Positions 39,074 to 52,889 are shown, counted from the first letter of the stretch. The stretch: DNA of 64,000 nucleotides from Tubiluchus corallicola (GCA_030141605.1 JAQGDQ010000549.1:64794-128793); one strand, 5' to 3'. A program made the numbers and translations. The notes: generated by a model not told the origin, from the letters alone.

Positions 39074-40029
39074 TTCCTAGTGTTATCGTTCACTGTGCAC
39101 AGAGCTCATAGATACAGGCAATTATCTCAGTATTATACTGAACCATTTTGAAAAATGCGAGAAAAATTTGCTTGTAAAAGTCACGCCTACAATGCTCTAG
39201 GAGAGTTATCACTATGGCTTTATCATTGATACAGGTATCCTATTCATTAGTACCAATTATGGACATTAGTCGTGTGCAGAGAAAGATCAAAGACCGCCGA
39301 CAGCTACTGTAAATTACACAGCTTCAGATGGTTACTTTGATATAGAATCACATGGGGATAAGTCGTTCACTTTGGCAATACCAGAAATCTTCGCAATATC
39401 AATAATGCATACGCACCGCAGACCTTAGCGACGACAAAGCTGCCACCTACGCAAAGGAATATTGAATCAAAGAATGAGAAATAACTTTAACGCGCTGATG
39501 AGGAGCATGTAACTTGGATACCTCACAGATTTAGGAAGTTTTTAACTAAATAATCAAACAGCTAAATTTCGACAAGAAGTAGGCAAGTGAAGCATTTTCG
39601 AAGCTTACACACCACAAGTAATTTAAAAACAAAAATTGTATATATCTATTCACATTTCACAAACTTGAAAAAATGCATTTGTGTATGATGTACAACGGAC
39701 TTAACAACATAGATCTGTCACATTCACACGTCCATCTGCAAAAAAAGAGAATTCGACAACCCCTTGAAAAAAATCAAGCGGTTAAACTAGCAAACTATTT
39801 CTCATATTTTATGTAAAATAACCGCAAGAATATGGCAGTTAATTCACGCCTCAGCATTTAAAGCTTGAGTCGTGACTTGGTGATAAAGCTCAGATAACTC
39901 GCTTGTATAAAATCAGGTTCAAAGCTCGGATCAGTTTGCATTAAGGCTGTCAGGTACAGTTGATAACTGTGCAACATAGTTAGCATGGATTACTGTAACT
40001 ACACTCTGTAATTCTCCATGTTGCACTAA

Positions 40030-40575
40030 AATCACCATCATCACCGTCATTGTCATCATCATCATCAACAGCATCAGCATTTTCGTCACTATCGCAATCG
40101 TCAATATCATCATCAATATCATTCATCACAAAAAATAACTGCCACCATCCATCACCACCTCCACAACAACAGCAACTGCAACAACTACTACAACACTACT
40201 ATCACCACCACCACTATCATTACCATTATCATCGTCATCATCATCATCAACAGCATCAGCATTTTTGTCACTATCACAATCGCCAATATCATTCATCACC
40301 ACCACCACAACAACAGCAACAGCAACGACTACTACAACACTACTATCACCACCACCACCATCATTACCATCATCATCGTCATCATCATCATCAACAGCAT
40401 CAGCGTTTTCGTCACTATCGCAATCGTCAATATCATTCATCGTTTCAGTCAATCAGGGAGAGACCACAACAACAGCAACAGCAACAATTACTACAACACT
40501 ACTATCACCACCACCACCACCATCATTACCATCATTATCATTATCATCATCGTCATTATCACCATTGTCATCAAT
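40030..40575. repeat. Low-complexity CAT/CAC/CAA tract arranged as three larger tandem units
   Basis: CATCAACAGCATCAGC and CAACTACTACAACACTACTATCACC blocks each recur three times. Confidence 0.85.
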
Positions 40576-41087
40576 ACGTAATCGTCCTTGATATCATCGT
40601 ACTAATTTCTCCACAAATAAAACGAAATCACGGCTAGATCCGACCGCCCCAGCAATCAGCAATCTCACCACACTAGTCTGAATACGAAATGTTCCATTGT
40701 TCTTTTCGGCTAAAGAAAACTGCACAAATTCTATGCAGGATTAGCGCGGATTAAAGGCGTGATCCACACAAAATAACACTGAATCAGAACTATTTACATT
40801 CCTGAACGCCCCCGCAATTGCATGCCAGTGAACCGAACTCACAGGCGGGTGAGTTTTTGCGCTCGTTTTTAACAGCCGGGAGCTTTGAGTTACTGGCAAT
40901 TTACGTAACACGGGGGTTGTGAAACGGGCTCACCCAACACTCAGGGGTGCTACTGGGTGTCTAGGGCTGGAAAATTTCTCAGTATCTTCGCTGTGACTTG
41001 ATTATCTTTACGTCAGACAATAGTTTTGTTCAATGATATTTGTTCTGGCGTATAATTAAAAGGTAAGATACGCATTACTTAGGCAAA

Positions 41088-41645
41088 GCTAAAAAAACAC
41101 TTTGAAATTTTGTCACCTGATTATCTGGGTGCAGAGCTTGCGTTGGCAGTAACGCTGTATATAACTTGTAAATATAAACTCCTGCGATGACCGTTAAGCG
41201 CAGCCATTTTAATAGTAAATCATTTGAAACAAGTTTAGATAACATTGCGTGAAGTTTGAAAAAAGAATCAGATCATTCGTAGCACTTTTCGCTAAGCAAA
41301 AGTTTAAATTACTTTATCTTGTCAATACGTTTTTTGGTGCACACTGTGAAGATAAATCAGTGGTGCACACTGTGAAGATAAATCAGTGGTGCACACTGTG
41401 AAGATAAATCAGTGGTGCACACTGTGAAGATAAATCAGTGGTACACACACTGTGAAGATAAATCAGTGCAGTGTTACCAGTTGGCGCGAATATTTTAATT
41501 TATTAATAATTTTCTTTTCTAGTTATTAGTCTTCCAAGTAAGAAAGCATAATGGCACTTAATATAACTTTGCAGGGAAAGTATTTTGAGAGATAGTTTAA
41601 CATTGCCTTTTCATCTCTTTGTTTACGGATATGACGTCACGCACT
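41088..41645 (+). mobile_element. Family C Kolobok-like element with an internal 26-bp x5 expansion
   Basis: Family C core; ends CACT|TTAA. GGTGCACACTGTGAAGATAAATCAGT is tandemly repeated at about 41336-41468. Confidence 0.75.
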
Positions 41646-41699
41646 TTAAAATTCCCTTTTCTTCCCCTTTACTTTATTTAGATGTTTTATTTGCGCTGT

Positions 41700-41851
41700 T
41701 GTTGTTGTTATGAAGTTACACAAATTCAGGGGAGCGTCTAAGCACATTTTACTAATTACATGAGACGCTTATCACACTTTTATTACTGAATCCTTACATT
41801 TTTCGCGTGTATCGAAATAAGCCTAACTTCCCAGAAGGCTTGGTCTTTCCT
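41700..41851 (-). mobile_element. Family B terminal fragment
   Basis: TTCCCAGAAGGCTTGGTCTTTCCT|TTAA is the reverse complement of the 35475 start. Confidence 0.65.
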
Positions 41852-42137
41852 TTAATCACTGTTGGGCGCCATTACACCGGTCCTCTAGACATTGAGCAAG
41901 TCGTAACCAGGAGGCTGTGAATAGGACGAATCATATGTCCATATTTCGCTGATGCACTGCAGCTACTGTTGCTGGACTTTGCAAAACCTAATCAAGCCTA
42001 TAATGATTTGCTGGTTAAATGTGTACACAATCAATAGGGGAGTCAGTAATCTCGGGGGAAAGAAGCCATGGTCACGCAATGCTGAACAAGCTCGTGTGGT
42101 GAAAGCTTCGTTATGATGGAATGTTTCCTGAGAAATA

Positions 42138-43005
<868 letters not shown>

Positions 43006-43354
43006 AAAATACTGTGGTGTTCTGAAAGCTTAATTAAGATCGAATGCAATGCTCACTGTCTATTTGCTTAACAAAGTGAATTGTTACTAAAATTCACGCA
43101 TAGAACTTTCACTGGCAACCTTGCTGAGAAATGTTTTTATCTTTGCGTAGGTTTGCATACCTTTAGTTATCATTTACCTGTGGCAACAGTTAGAATCCCT
43201 TTGCAGCAGCAACAGCAACGTGGTGATTTGTATAATTTATGCATAATTAATCGCATACATTTACTTGTCTTCCCTTGCAGCATTTGCTTACTGTTGTGGT
43301 AACTAGAATGAATTACAGCACAGTGGCTGTGTGGCAAACTGATAACTGTAGAAA

Positions 43355-43456
43355 CGATGATGATAATAGATGATGATGATGATGATGACGATGACGATGA
43401 CGATGATAATGATGACGATGACGACGATGATGATGATGATGATGATGATGATGATC

Positions 43457-43549
<93 letters not shown>

Positions 43550-43600
43550 TAATAATAATAATATCAACAACAACAATAACAGCAAGATGATGATGATTAT
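43355..43600. repeat. Compound microsatellite (GAT/GAC)n(AAT)n
   Basis: Directly visible. Confidence 0.95.
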
Positions 43601-43677
43601 AGGCGATGCAAGTGATGAAATAAAAATGTTTCAACCTTATGTGGAATTTGAGTAAACACATTTAACGAAAAACTAAA

Positions 43678-43763
43678 TCTTCTCTTTCTTCCTCTTCCTC
43701 ATCCCTCTCTCTCACTCTCTTTCTCTCTCTCTGTCTTTCTTTCTCTCTCTCTCTCTCTCTCCT

Positions 43764-43800
<37 letters not shown>

Positions 43801-43978
43801 CTTCTTCCCCCTCTCTCTCTCTCTCGCTCTTTCTCTCTTCTCGCTGTCTCTCTTTTTTCTTCCCCCTCTCTCTCCTTCCTCCTCTCCCTCTCATTCTCTC
43901 CCCTCTCTCTCTCCTTCCTCCTCCTCTCTCTCTCTCTTTCTCTCATTCTCTCTCCTTTCTCCTATCTATTTCCTTTCT
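43678..43978. repeat. (CT)n pyrimidine-rich microsatellite region
   Basis: Directly visible. Confidence 0.95.
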
Positions 43979-44762
43979 CACTACAAAGAATAATTACCTA
44001 GGACAGGTTTGCTAAAAGCATAAGGAACTATGCAATGCTGCCCCCAGATTTTATTACAACTCACAGGACCATTTAATATACACATTAGCCGAACATCGCG
44101 CATTAATATTCCACAGGGAAACAAGAATATAATCCCTTTAAATAAATGATGGTAGGATTAATATTTAGTAAGTCCTGCTCTGTGGCGGAGTAAGGGGGAG
44201 CAAGAAAACCTCCGAGTCTGCCCCCTTTGATCTGCCTTATATTATGCCTTCCATGAACTTAATAAATTACGTAATTTAAGGAAATTAAAAAAAGTGGAAA
44301 TTCGCGGAGAAATCTAAAGATTCTCAAGGGTTCAAAACTGATAATAATGAAGGGGCATAACTACGTTGTGTAAAGGTCACCTAGGCCTCTGAAGATTCAT
44401 CCTTACTCAGTACCACCTCTTCGTGTTTGGATACGCCCCCGCCGTTCTGCATAAAACAAACGGCGGAGCTGTTTCTCATCATGGCGGCGTGGTGCAAAAT
44501 AAATGCGGTTATGCAATATTCATGAAACGATTGAAAGCAAAAAGCTAATTTATTGAATCTAATTAGCACTCCGAAAATTACTCGCCTAATTAACGTTGCT
44601 AATCACGTCACGGGTGAAAAGTATGCTGCTGATAATTATGCGCAAATCGAGGCTACGAAAAAGGTGAGGTAGCGAAGCCATTTATAAACTTAAAATTTCA
44701 AATTCAGTTTGTACAGGTACTCGCAGTATTATTGGAAAAATAACTTTTTTGCTTGGAAAAAC

Positions 44763-45120
44763 AAGACAGGATGATTTTTCAGATACTACCCCATTTTCAA
44801 GTCCGGTGAAAAGTATACACAATTAATGCTGCATAAGCCTTTCCGATAATTAAATAATAGATAAAAACTTAATTAACGGCGGTCGAGCCCAACTATTGGT
44901 GACATCACAAACTAACATAATTTTCATCAGCAAAAATATTCCTTGAGCGTGTTGCCCCTGTTTGTAAAAGAGAAAATTGAAGTAGAGTGCTACTGTAAGT
45001 GATTCAATGTGTTGTACTAAAGCTCGGTAAGTTTTACGATAAAAATCCAAATTTCAAATCAACCGCTATGCTCACGCGTAAGCTGTCGAACGTGTGTAGT
45101 ACGTCACAAACGAACACCTA
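44763..45120 (-). mobile_element. Family A Kolobok-like element, partial (another degenerate copy at about 45665-46020)
   Basis: Reverse-complement match to the right half of family A. Confidence 0.75.
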
Positions 45121-46129
45121 TGAACTTACTTGAAAACGGGGTAGAATACTCAGCCTTCTGTTTTTTCTTGTACTAATTTTGTAGTCCCTCCAAATCTTCT
45201 TTAAGTATCTGACGCGCGTCACTACGGTCTGTAAGCCATAGACCTGCATGCTGCTCCTCAACTGTGTAGTACAAGTCGAGTATTCTATTTACCAGAAGAA
45301 AATTATGCGTGTTTGTGATTGCTGCATGATAGAGGGAGCTTGAAACTCAATCAACATGAAGAGAAATTCAATATAATTCAAACTTAATTATAAATTGCGC
45401 AATTAAAGCCCCGGATTTCTGTCGCGGCCAGCTCGTGTAGATAGAGACGAATCAATACCTCACTTGCGGTTACCAGAACACTTAATGCAAATGTGTGTTC
45501 AAATGCTTCCATTCTGGCTGTAACAATCGCTTAACAACCCGAGTATGCAGAGTGCTTGTCCAGTCCAAGAGCTAGTTGCTATTAGTTGTTCACATGTACC
45601 AGCTGGCGCCAAAAAAATGCGCCTAAATTTGACGTACGGTAGAAAGCACACATCTTAACACCAATTACAATACTGCAAAAGTGTTTCTGATGGTTAAATC
45701 ATAGATTAAATAACAGTTTACTTAACGGCGGGTGAGCCCAGCTGTTAATGACATCACAGACGAACGATATTCCGTGAGCGTGTTGCATGTGCTCGCAAAA
45801 GCGAAAATTAAAGCACAGTGCTACTTTACTAAATCCAGTGTTATATACAATGACGGGTAAATTTAAAATTTAAAAACCTCCAACATGTGCACTACGTCAT
45901 AACTGTGCAGTTTTTGTGCAACGCATTTCCGGAATGCAGGTGCTGTGTCCATCTAAATAGCGCACGACGAAATTCATGTTACTGGGCGCGAACGTGATTT
46001 TAAATTTCTGTGCTTATAATTCTTTACGTAATTACGAAAGCGATAGTAATTGTTAAAGAAACAATTACGATTGTTTTCAACATTTTACACACCATAGTCC
46101 AAATTATGGCCAAATTTTGATGAAATAGA

Positions 46130-47275
46130 GACTAACTGGATACAGCTGTCAAAGTTTCAGAAATATTTCCTAACGCCATTTTAACATTTTTTTACATTTT
46201 TACAAAATTTTGCATTTTGACGCGTTGTCCCGTGGCACTAAAAGTTCAAGAAATAGTCCTAGGTCACTAATCGTACAACCAAATGAAAGCCCACAAGCAA
46301 TTTCCTATTGAACCCTAATAGTAGCCAAGTGTCAATCTGTGAACGTTATGGATATTTTTTAATAATAATAAATCTTTATTCAAGAAATGAACGTATATAC
46401 AAAAAGGTGCCTCTTTTTGCAGGCTCAGATCAACAATTTACATTTTCATATAACAAATCTTTTAAATATTTCCAGTTTCACCCTATGTACAAGGAATAAC
46501 ATATTATACTTAAATTAGATTTAATTTCAAATGATTCACAAGTATTATACACATGAATTAAAAGTTATAAAGCTCCAAAGTGCAGGACTATTTCTTGACT
46601 TTTTAGATTCCCGGGACAGCGGGCCAAAATGTAAAATTGTACAAACAAATGTCCAGAACGTGGTCAGAACGACCTAAAGAATCATTCCTGATAGTTTGGT
46701 AGCTGTATCCAATCAGTCCCGTTTTTGGCTAACAGACGGTTTAGTCTAGTGGTAATGCGTCTGCTTTCCGTCTGGGAGGTCGTGAGTTCGAACCAGCGGC
46801 CGGGTCATACCAAAGACTTTAAAAACGGGTACCTGCTTTGTCCTGCCTGACGCGTTGTATTTTAGGGTAATAATGTAGTTGTAGGTTGTTATTTACAGTC
46901 AGCGATAAAAGCTCTTTGAGCTAATGTTAATTGTTGACCCAAAAGCCGACTTTAAATAATAATAATAATAATAAACTACTGATTTTGTGAAATGGATACT
47001 CATGACGTATCCAAGGTCACTAATCATACCACCATACGAAAGCCCAAATGTATCTTCCTATTCGTCCCTAATAGTAATCAAGCGTCTATCTGTGAACGTT
47101 TTGGAGTTACAAGCCTCCAAAGAACAGGATCATTTGTTGACCTTCTAGTGTTCGCGGACAGCGGGTCAAAATGCAAAATTTTATATAAATGTCCAGAACG
47201 TTGTTAGAATGGCCTAATAGAGACTCATTCCTGAAAGTTTGGCAGCTGTATCCAGTCCCCTTTTTTCGGCTAACA
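46130..47275. mobile_element. Foldback-like composite repeat: ~130-bp inverted arm plus two direct copies, carrying nested insertions
   Basis: 46130-46260 is the reverse complement of 46583-46720 and 47125-47258 (CTGGATACAGCTG.CAAA.TTTCAG). Direct copies lie at 46258-46735 (with a ~210-bp insert) and 47010-47275. Confidence 0.6.
46735..46974 (+). mobile_element. tRNA-derived SINE with (AAT)n tail; body resembles Meta/MESC-type SINEs
   Basis: A box TAGTCTAGTGG, B box GTTCGAACC, then GGGTCATACCAAAGACTTTAAAAA and an (AAT)n tail. The family resemblance is recalled, not searched. Confidence 0.75.
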
Positions 47276-47764
47276 CGCCGAACAATTCGATTAATCTTAA
47301 CTATAGTTTGCAAATGGACCCTGTTTTCTCCAAGGCAGTATTATAGATTTGCTACACATCTTTCGGTTTTGCTCATATACACCACTTCTGATGGGAGCCT
47401 TAATTTAATTACGTAATCAGAACTGCTCTACGTCTTGGAGCCTTTCGGGAAGAAATATCCCGCTTTCCTTAGGGATAATTTTGCCGGCAACTTTTATATT
47501 TGACACAATGATATCAGGTAAGCCTTCTGACGAAATGCAATTTCAACAGTTTACCACAAATATTCTCAGTCATTGCACTGTGGTTGTCAAATATTTACAT
47601 AGCGTCTCGACTGCGGGAATTCATCGACGAAAATGCACACAAATATGTCAGATTTCGATATGATTTTCTCGCAAAGATATTTGCCAAAAACGTTTGAGTA
47701 ACGCTAGCGGCACGTATCACGCGATTTCAAGCTACAGAGAAAGAGTTAAGTGACTTATTCTTAA

Positions 47765-48150
47765 AGGAAAGAACAAGTCACTCAGTATGCTGGGTTTATT
47801 TTACTGCTATCACTTAAACTGTTTGTGGTGTGCTAAAGGAAAGAACAAGTCACTCAGTATGCTGGGTTTATTTTACTGCTATCGCTTAAACTTAGAAAAA
47901 TATAACGAAGATAATTGCAGCGAGTGTGCTACGAATGCTCTAATTATTTTTCCAAACTTTACACAATGTTATCTAAACTTATTTCAAACGATGTGCGGTC
48001 AAAATGACCCCGCCTAACGGTCACCGTGGATGTTAAATTACACAAGTTTTATGCAGCGTTACTACTAACGCAAGCCCTGTGCGCAATGTAATACAAAATT
48101 TTCAAACGAATTTTTTAAGATTTACGTAAGTAAACAGCTTTCTTGTTCTT
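47765..48150. mobile_element. Kolobok-like element with a duplicated terminus (family B/C chimera)
   Basis: TAAAGGAAAGAACAAGTCACTCAGTATGCTGGG occurs twice (47762, 47834). It resembles the family B right end in reverse and continues into the family C core on the minus strand. Confidence 0.55.
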
Positions 48151-48584
48151 TGAGACAAATTATACCTACTGCTTTTGAAATTTACCAGGAAAGCTATTTT
48201 TAGAGTGGCTACCACGTGGTTTTTCTATCTGCACTGACTGGTTGTTTCATATTGATCATGTCAGTTTTTCCAAGTCTTTGTAAACTCATCTTCTCGGCAG
48301 CTTTCTTATAAAACTCAACGTTTTTATTTGCTGGACGGGATAAGCCGATGAAATGCAGCATCACGGAAAGCTTTTACTGAATCAGGATGCTATTACTGAA
48401 AGGTTAAAACCAACAGATGCTGTGAAACGTCAGAATCTATCGTCCATCAAGTAAATAAGACTGCACCTGCGCCTTATAGCTACCGAAAAAATAAATAGGC
48501 CTACTGGTGTCTTGCTGACATGCTGCAGAGCTACAGGATAACTACTCAAAAATCAATAACTTCTGCAATTGAACTAAACATTAA

Positions 48585-49074
48585 CCCTTTCATCCCAAAT
48601 TATTTTTTTAATAAAATTTTTTTTTGGCTTGGTACTTTTGTTCAGTATGTCCATCTTGTTTACACATAATAATTATTTTTTTCTACCTGTGCCCGCGTGC
48701 TAAATATAGCCTGTATCCCACGGGATACATTGGGATTCAATGGTTGCTAAACATGACTTTTTTAAAAACACAACAAAAGCAAAAAATGTGCTTCATTTTG
48801 CAACTGCTGATAATTTTTTAAAGTATTTCAGACATTTAGTGTGCATGCTATGCTGATCTGTACAAAGCCGTCTCTAAAGTACTGTACCTTGCGCAGTTTT
48901 TTATACTATGTAGATTTTCTAGTTTGCCATTTTATCACCATTTTTAGTCTATTGTTATTGGCTTAAATCAAAATAACTATTAACAGATCAAATAACTGTC
49001 AGTTTTAAAATTTTATTAATTTTAAAGGCAGAAAATATTCTCGTATCCCACGGGATACAACGGGTATGAAAGGG
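48585..49074. mobile_element. piggyBac-like non-autonomous element
   Basis: TTAA|CCCTTTCAT...ATGAAAGGG|TTAA; internal palindrome GTATCCCACGGGATAC at about 48713 and 49043. Confidence 0.8.
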
Positions 49075-49078
49075 TTAA

Positions 49079-49334
49079 AGGAAAACTCGACCAAATCTTG
49101 AACTATAACTCATAACTATTTATTCTTTAAAACATTGAAAGGAAAACATACTCTTTTTTTCAAAAATGACTTAAATGAAAAAAATCATTGCCACACAAAC
49201 ACAATTTCGCATTCGCTTCACTTGTATTTAATCTATTATTTAATAAGCAGAAACGCTTTTCCTGTATTATTGGTGTTAAAATGTATCGGACTTGAAATTG
49301 GGGTAGTACGTGAAAAAACTCATCATATCTTTCT
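49079..49334 (+). mobile_element. Internally deleted family A Kolobok-like element
   Basis: TTAA|AGGAAAAC...TTTCT|TTAA; joins the left and right ends of family A. Confidence 0.7.
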
Positions 49335-50986
49335 TTAACTTGACTCAAAAAACGGCTCCCCTTCAAACGAAATAAGTAAATTGTTTCATCGTTCTTAGTA
49401 CAAAAGCTCTTCCTCTTAGTACAAGACTGCATATTATAGTTAAAGAACTATTTACTTACGAAACTTTAATGACAATGCAAACAACGAAAATCAATAATTT
49501 CTAAATCAAATTCATGCGAATTTTCCCCTAAAATTTTCAGTTTCGTAATAGTTGGGGAATAGCCTTCCTTTTACTCATAGATTCCCAAAAGAACAATGTC
49601 GGGCAAGGAACTACCAAACCAACAAATTTGCCTAAAGCGCATGCGCAAATAACTGTGACACTCCACAGAAATGGGAGATGGAAGGCAACTTCAAGAGCTT
49701 CGGAACTGTTGAAAAATTGACCGCTTAGCGAACAATCAGTCACAGGAATCCATTTGCTAGGAATTGACTGATCGTTTGGCTTGAAATAAGATTGCTCTTC
49801 TTGGAACTAATCGTCTGAGCAACCATTCCCAGGACAATAAACATTCAGCGTGCTGGACTGCCACGTTTAACGAAATGAAAAGTAATATTTCAACTTCGAC
49901 TCGTTTGAAATTGAAGCTGAATATTGATGTTCAAGTAGGCACCGTTTTCACATTAATACTCGTTTCTTCCCGAAGTCAAACAAAAAGGTTTCCATTATTA
50001 ACACTTGCAGCTACCGCTGATAGGTCCACGTAAAGTGATGGAAGTGGTGCTGATAAGCCACTGGCATAGCAGTGTCTAGCATACAGTGCAAACTTGCTTT
50101 ACAATGGACCATTTTATATTAAGATCTTGTTGCTAAATTTGAGCAAAATGCGCCTTAAGTTTGGGCAGTTTTTTAGATTATAATTACTTGAGATTATGTT
50201 AATTTACATTTTTGTGTTACTAGACAGGGAACTTGCTTCATTAATAATCTTGATTTTAGCAATCACTTTAATACTGTTTGTTTAACATCACTGTAAATAA
50301 TGTTATATGCACCATTAAAAAAGCTAATTAATGAATGTGCAATATGTAATGTTGTAGAATTCACTCTGTTCATGTAAACTGTATGATAAAAGAGAAATAA
50401 TTAATAAGATTTACATCTTTTAAAGGTTTTTTAAAAACTTTGCTACTCTGAGCGCAGATCAAGGGGGCACCAGGCACCACCAACAGACTCAGGGAGCTGA
50501 TTCCAGATTTTAATTATTCTTAAATAACTATGGAAGTTTTTGCTGAATTAATCAAAGTGGTTTATTTATGATATTGCAGCAATGATCAGGCTGAAATAAC
50601 AACAACAAAATAATTACATATAATACTGCCATACCGCATAGAGTGTAAGTACAAATATAAATGTTTCGAATTATACTAATTTAAGAATTGTTCCTTTAAT
50701 CACAAAAGTAAAATTGCAAATAATATACCGTTCTAAATGTTAAACATCTGCTTGACACTGCATGGAGTTCTTATTGTTAAATGTGTTAAAAATTGCCTCC
50801 TGGCAAACAGCAATATGGGTGCCTTCATATGCTGAAATCTTCGAGATCCTCTAATTCTGTTTGAGAAAAAGTTTTTAAAACAACCAAGTCGGCAGTGAGC
50901 GGGCTGTAACTTCAAGCGATGACTCCTGGTTACAATAGATAAAGGTGCTTTGGTAAAAATACATCTTTGTTTATAGCACTGTCACC

Positions 50987-51679
50987 ATGTAATATAGAAT
51001 AACACATTGTCAGATCACAATGTAATATAGAAAAACACATTGCCAGATCACAATGTAATATAGAACAACACATTGTCAGATCACTATGTAATATAGAACA
51101 ACACATTGTCAGATCACAATGTAATATAGAACAACGCATTGTCAGATCACAAAGTAATATAGAATCACACATTGTCAGATCACAATGTAATATAGAATAA
51201 CACATTGTCAGATCACAATGTAATATAGAACAACACATTGTCAAATCACTGTGTAATATAGAACAACACATTGTCAGATCACAATGTAATATAGAACAAC
51301 GCATTGTCAGACCACTATGTAATATAGAACAACGCATTGTCAGATCACAATGTAATATAGAACAACGCATTGTCAGATCACAATGTAATATAGAACAACA
51401 CATTGTCAAATCACAATGTAATATAGAATAACACATTGTCAGATCACTGTGTAATATAGAACAACACATTGTCAGATCACAATGTAATATAGAACAACGC
51501 ATTGTCAGATCACTATGTAATATAGAACAACGCATTGTCAGATCACAATGTAATATAGAACAACACATTGTCAGATCACTGTGTAATATAGAACAACGCA
51601 TTGTCAGATCACAATGTAATATAGAACAACACATTGTCAAATCACAATGTAATATAGAATAACACATTGTCAGATCACA
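50987..51679 (-). repeat. 33-bp minisatellite, about 21 copies (in-frame MCYSILHCDLT)
   Basis: Unit ATGTAATATAGAACAACACATTGTCAGATCACA; ORF track 50930..51667. Confidence 0.97.
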
Positions 51680-51714
51680 GTTCTACGAAGTTCGAGTGGC
51701 TCAAAACGCTAATC

Positions 51715-51980
51715 GGTCAGTGTGTGACATACTGTCAAGTTTGCTATCAGTCAGGGTGTGACATACTGTCAAGTTTGCTATCAGTCAGGGTGTGACATAC
51801 TGTCAAGTTTGCTATCAGTCAGGGTGTGACATACTGTCAAGTTTGCTATCAGTCAAGGTGTGACATACTGTCACGTTTGCTAATCAGTCAGGGTGTGACA
51901 TACTGTCAAGTTTGCTATCAGTCAGGGTGTGACATACTGTCAAGTTTGCTATCAGTCAGGGTGTGACATACTGTCACGAT
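51715..51980. repeat. 34-bp minisatellite, about 8 copies
   Basis: Unit GTGTGACATACTGTCAAGTTTGCTATCAGTCAGG (51722, 51756, ...). Confidence 0.95.
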
Positions 51981-52402
51981 TGCTCCTAGCAAATACTGCT
52001 TGCCGCTGTCGTCATCTCTTCCATTAATGATGATGACAAAAACTGCTATGTCTCTTTGAAAATTTCCCCGTTGATTGTATCAGCCAAATTTTAACAGCTT
52101 TATTTGTTTATTGGGTCACCTTTGAATTTCTCCAGTCGTTAAGGTGCAAAAATGACGAAGTTGAATTATTTGGAAATTGCGATTTTGTGTGAATTGCGCA
52201 CCCACAAGCTCTTTTATCGAATTTTTACGATTGAATCAATGCGTTGCCGTCACGCGAAGGACTAATAAAAGAGATTCCTTTTATTGCGTCTCCGACTATA
52301 AAAATCAGATTTTCACTGAGACTACTGACAATGACAACACAAAGGCTGGACAACAGAGATGCATCCTTCCAGCAGAACTTTCATGATAAGGGAAGCCACT
52401 AA

Positions 52403-52662
52403 AAACAGGATGATTTTTCTTATACTGTCCATTTTCAAGTCCGAACATATATAGTTTAGCACAATTAATACTGCAAAAGCATTTCTCATAATTACATAAT
52501 AGATTAAAATCTTAATTAATAGATACTAGCTAGCTGTTATAACTGTTACAACAGCGTGGGATTCGAGGCGTTGTCAAGTGTACACAAATGCGTTGTCTGG
52601 TATACTTAACCTTCGACCTTTTCACGATCATCATCAATCGCTGGAAGTGTGAAAAGGCTTGT
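52403..52662. mobile_element. Abutting fragments of family A (minus) and MITE family D
   Basis: 52403-52520 matches the family A right end; 52525-52662 matches the family D right end. Confidence 0.6.
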
Positions 52663-52889
52663 TGCCGTTACAATTGCTTTGAGCATGACTTAAAACATTG
52701 AAACTAGAATTAGAGGTTAGTGCTTCCTAGTGGGTTTAAGTTTGGGGTTAGTAGCTTGCTACACGCGTAGATTATTTTTGGAGGATACGTGGGTCAAGGT
52801 TCATTGGTTGCCATGCCAACTGGCTCAACGACAAAGCAGCAGACTGTTGGACTAATTACCTAAAAATTACCTAATTATCTGCAGTTTTC

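Larger units (their letters stand above)
50395..52000 (-). mobile_element. CR1-type LINE 3' end (same family as 10495-11430) with two internal minisatellites and a ~330-bp insert
   Basis: Reverse-complement matches to 11300-11400 at 50420-50520, to 11150-11305 at 50855-50990, and to 10500-10604 at 51665-51720 and 51960-51995. Confidence 0.8.

Noticed and set aside
41921-42038. PYFADAL..LLVKCVHN as another annexin exon
   Set aside because: The motifs are in the reverse order relative to annexins, are flanked by stops and lack splice sites.
46735-46810. tRNA gene
   Set aside because: A and B boxes are present, but there is no proper acceptor stem and the sequence continues into a SINE body and (AAT)n tail.
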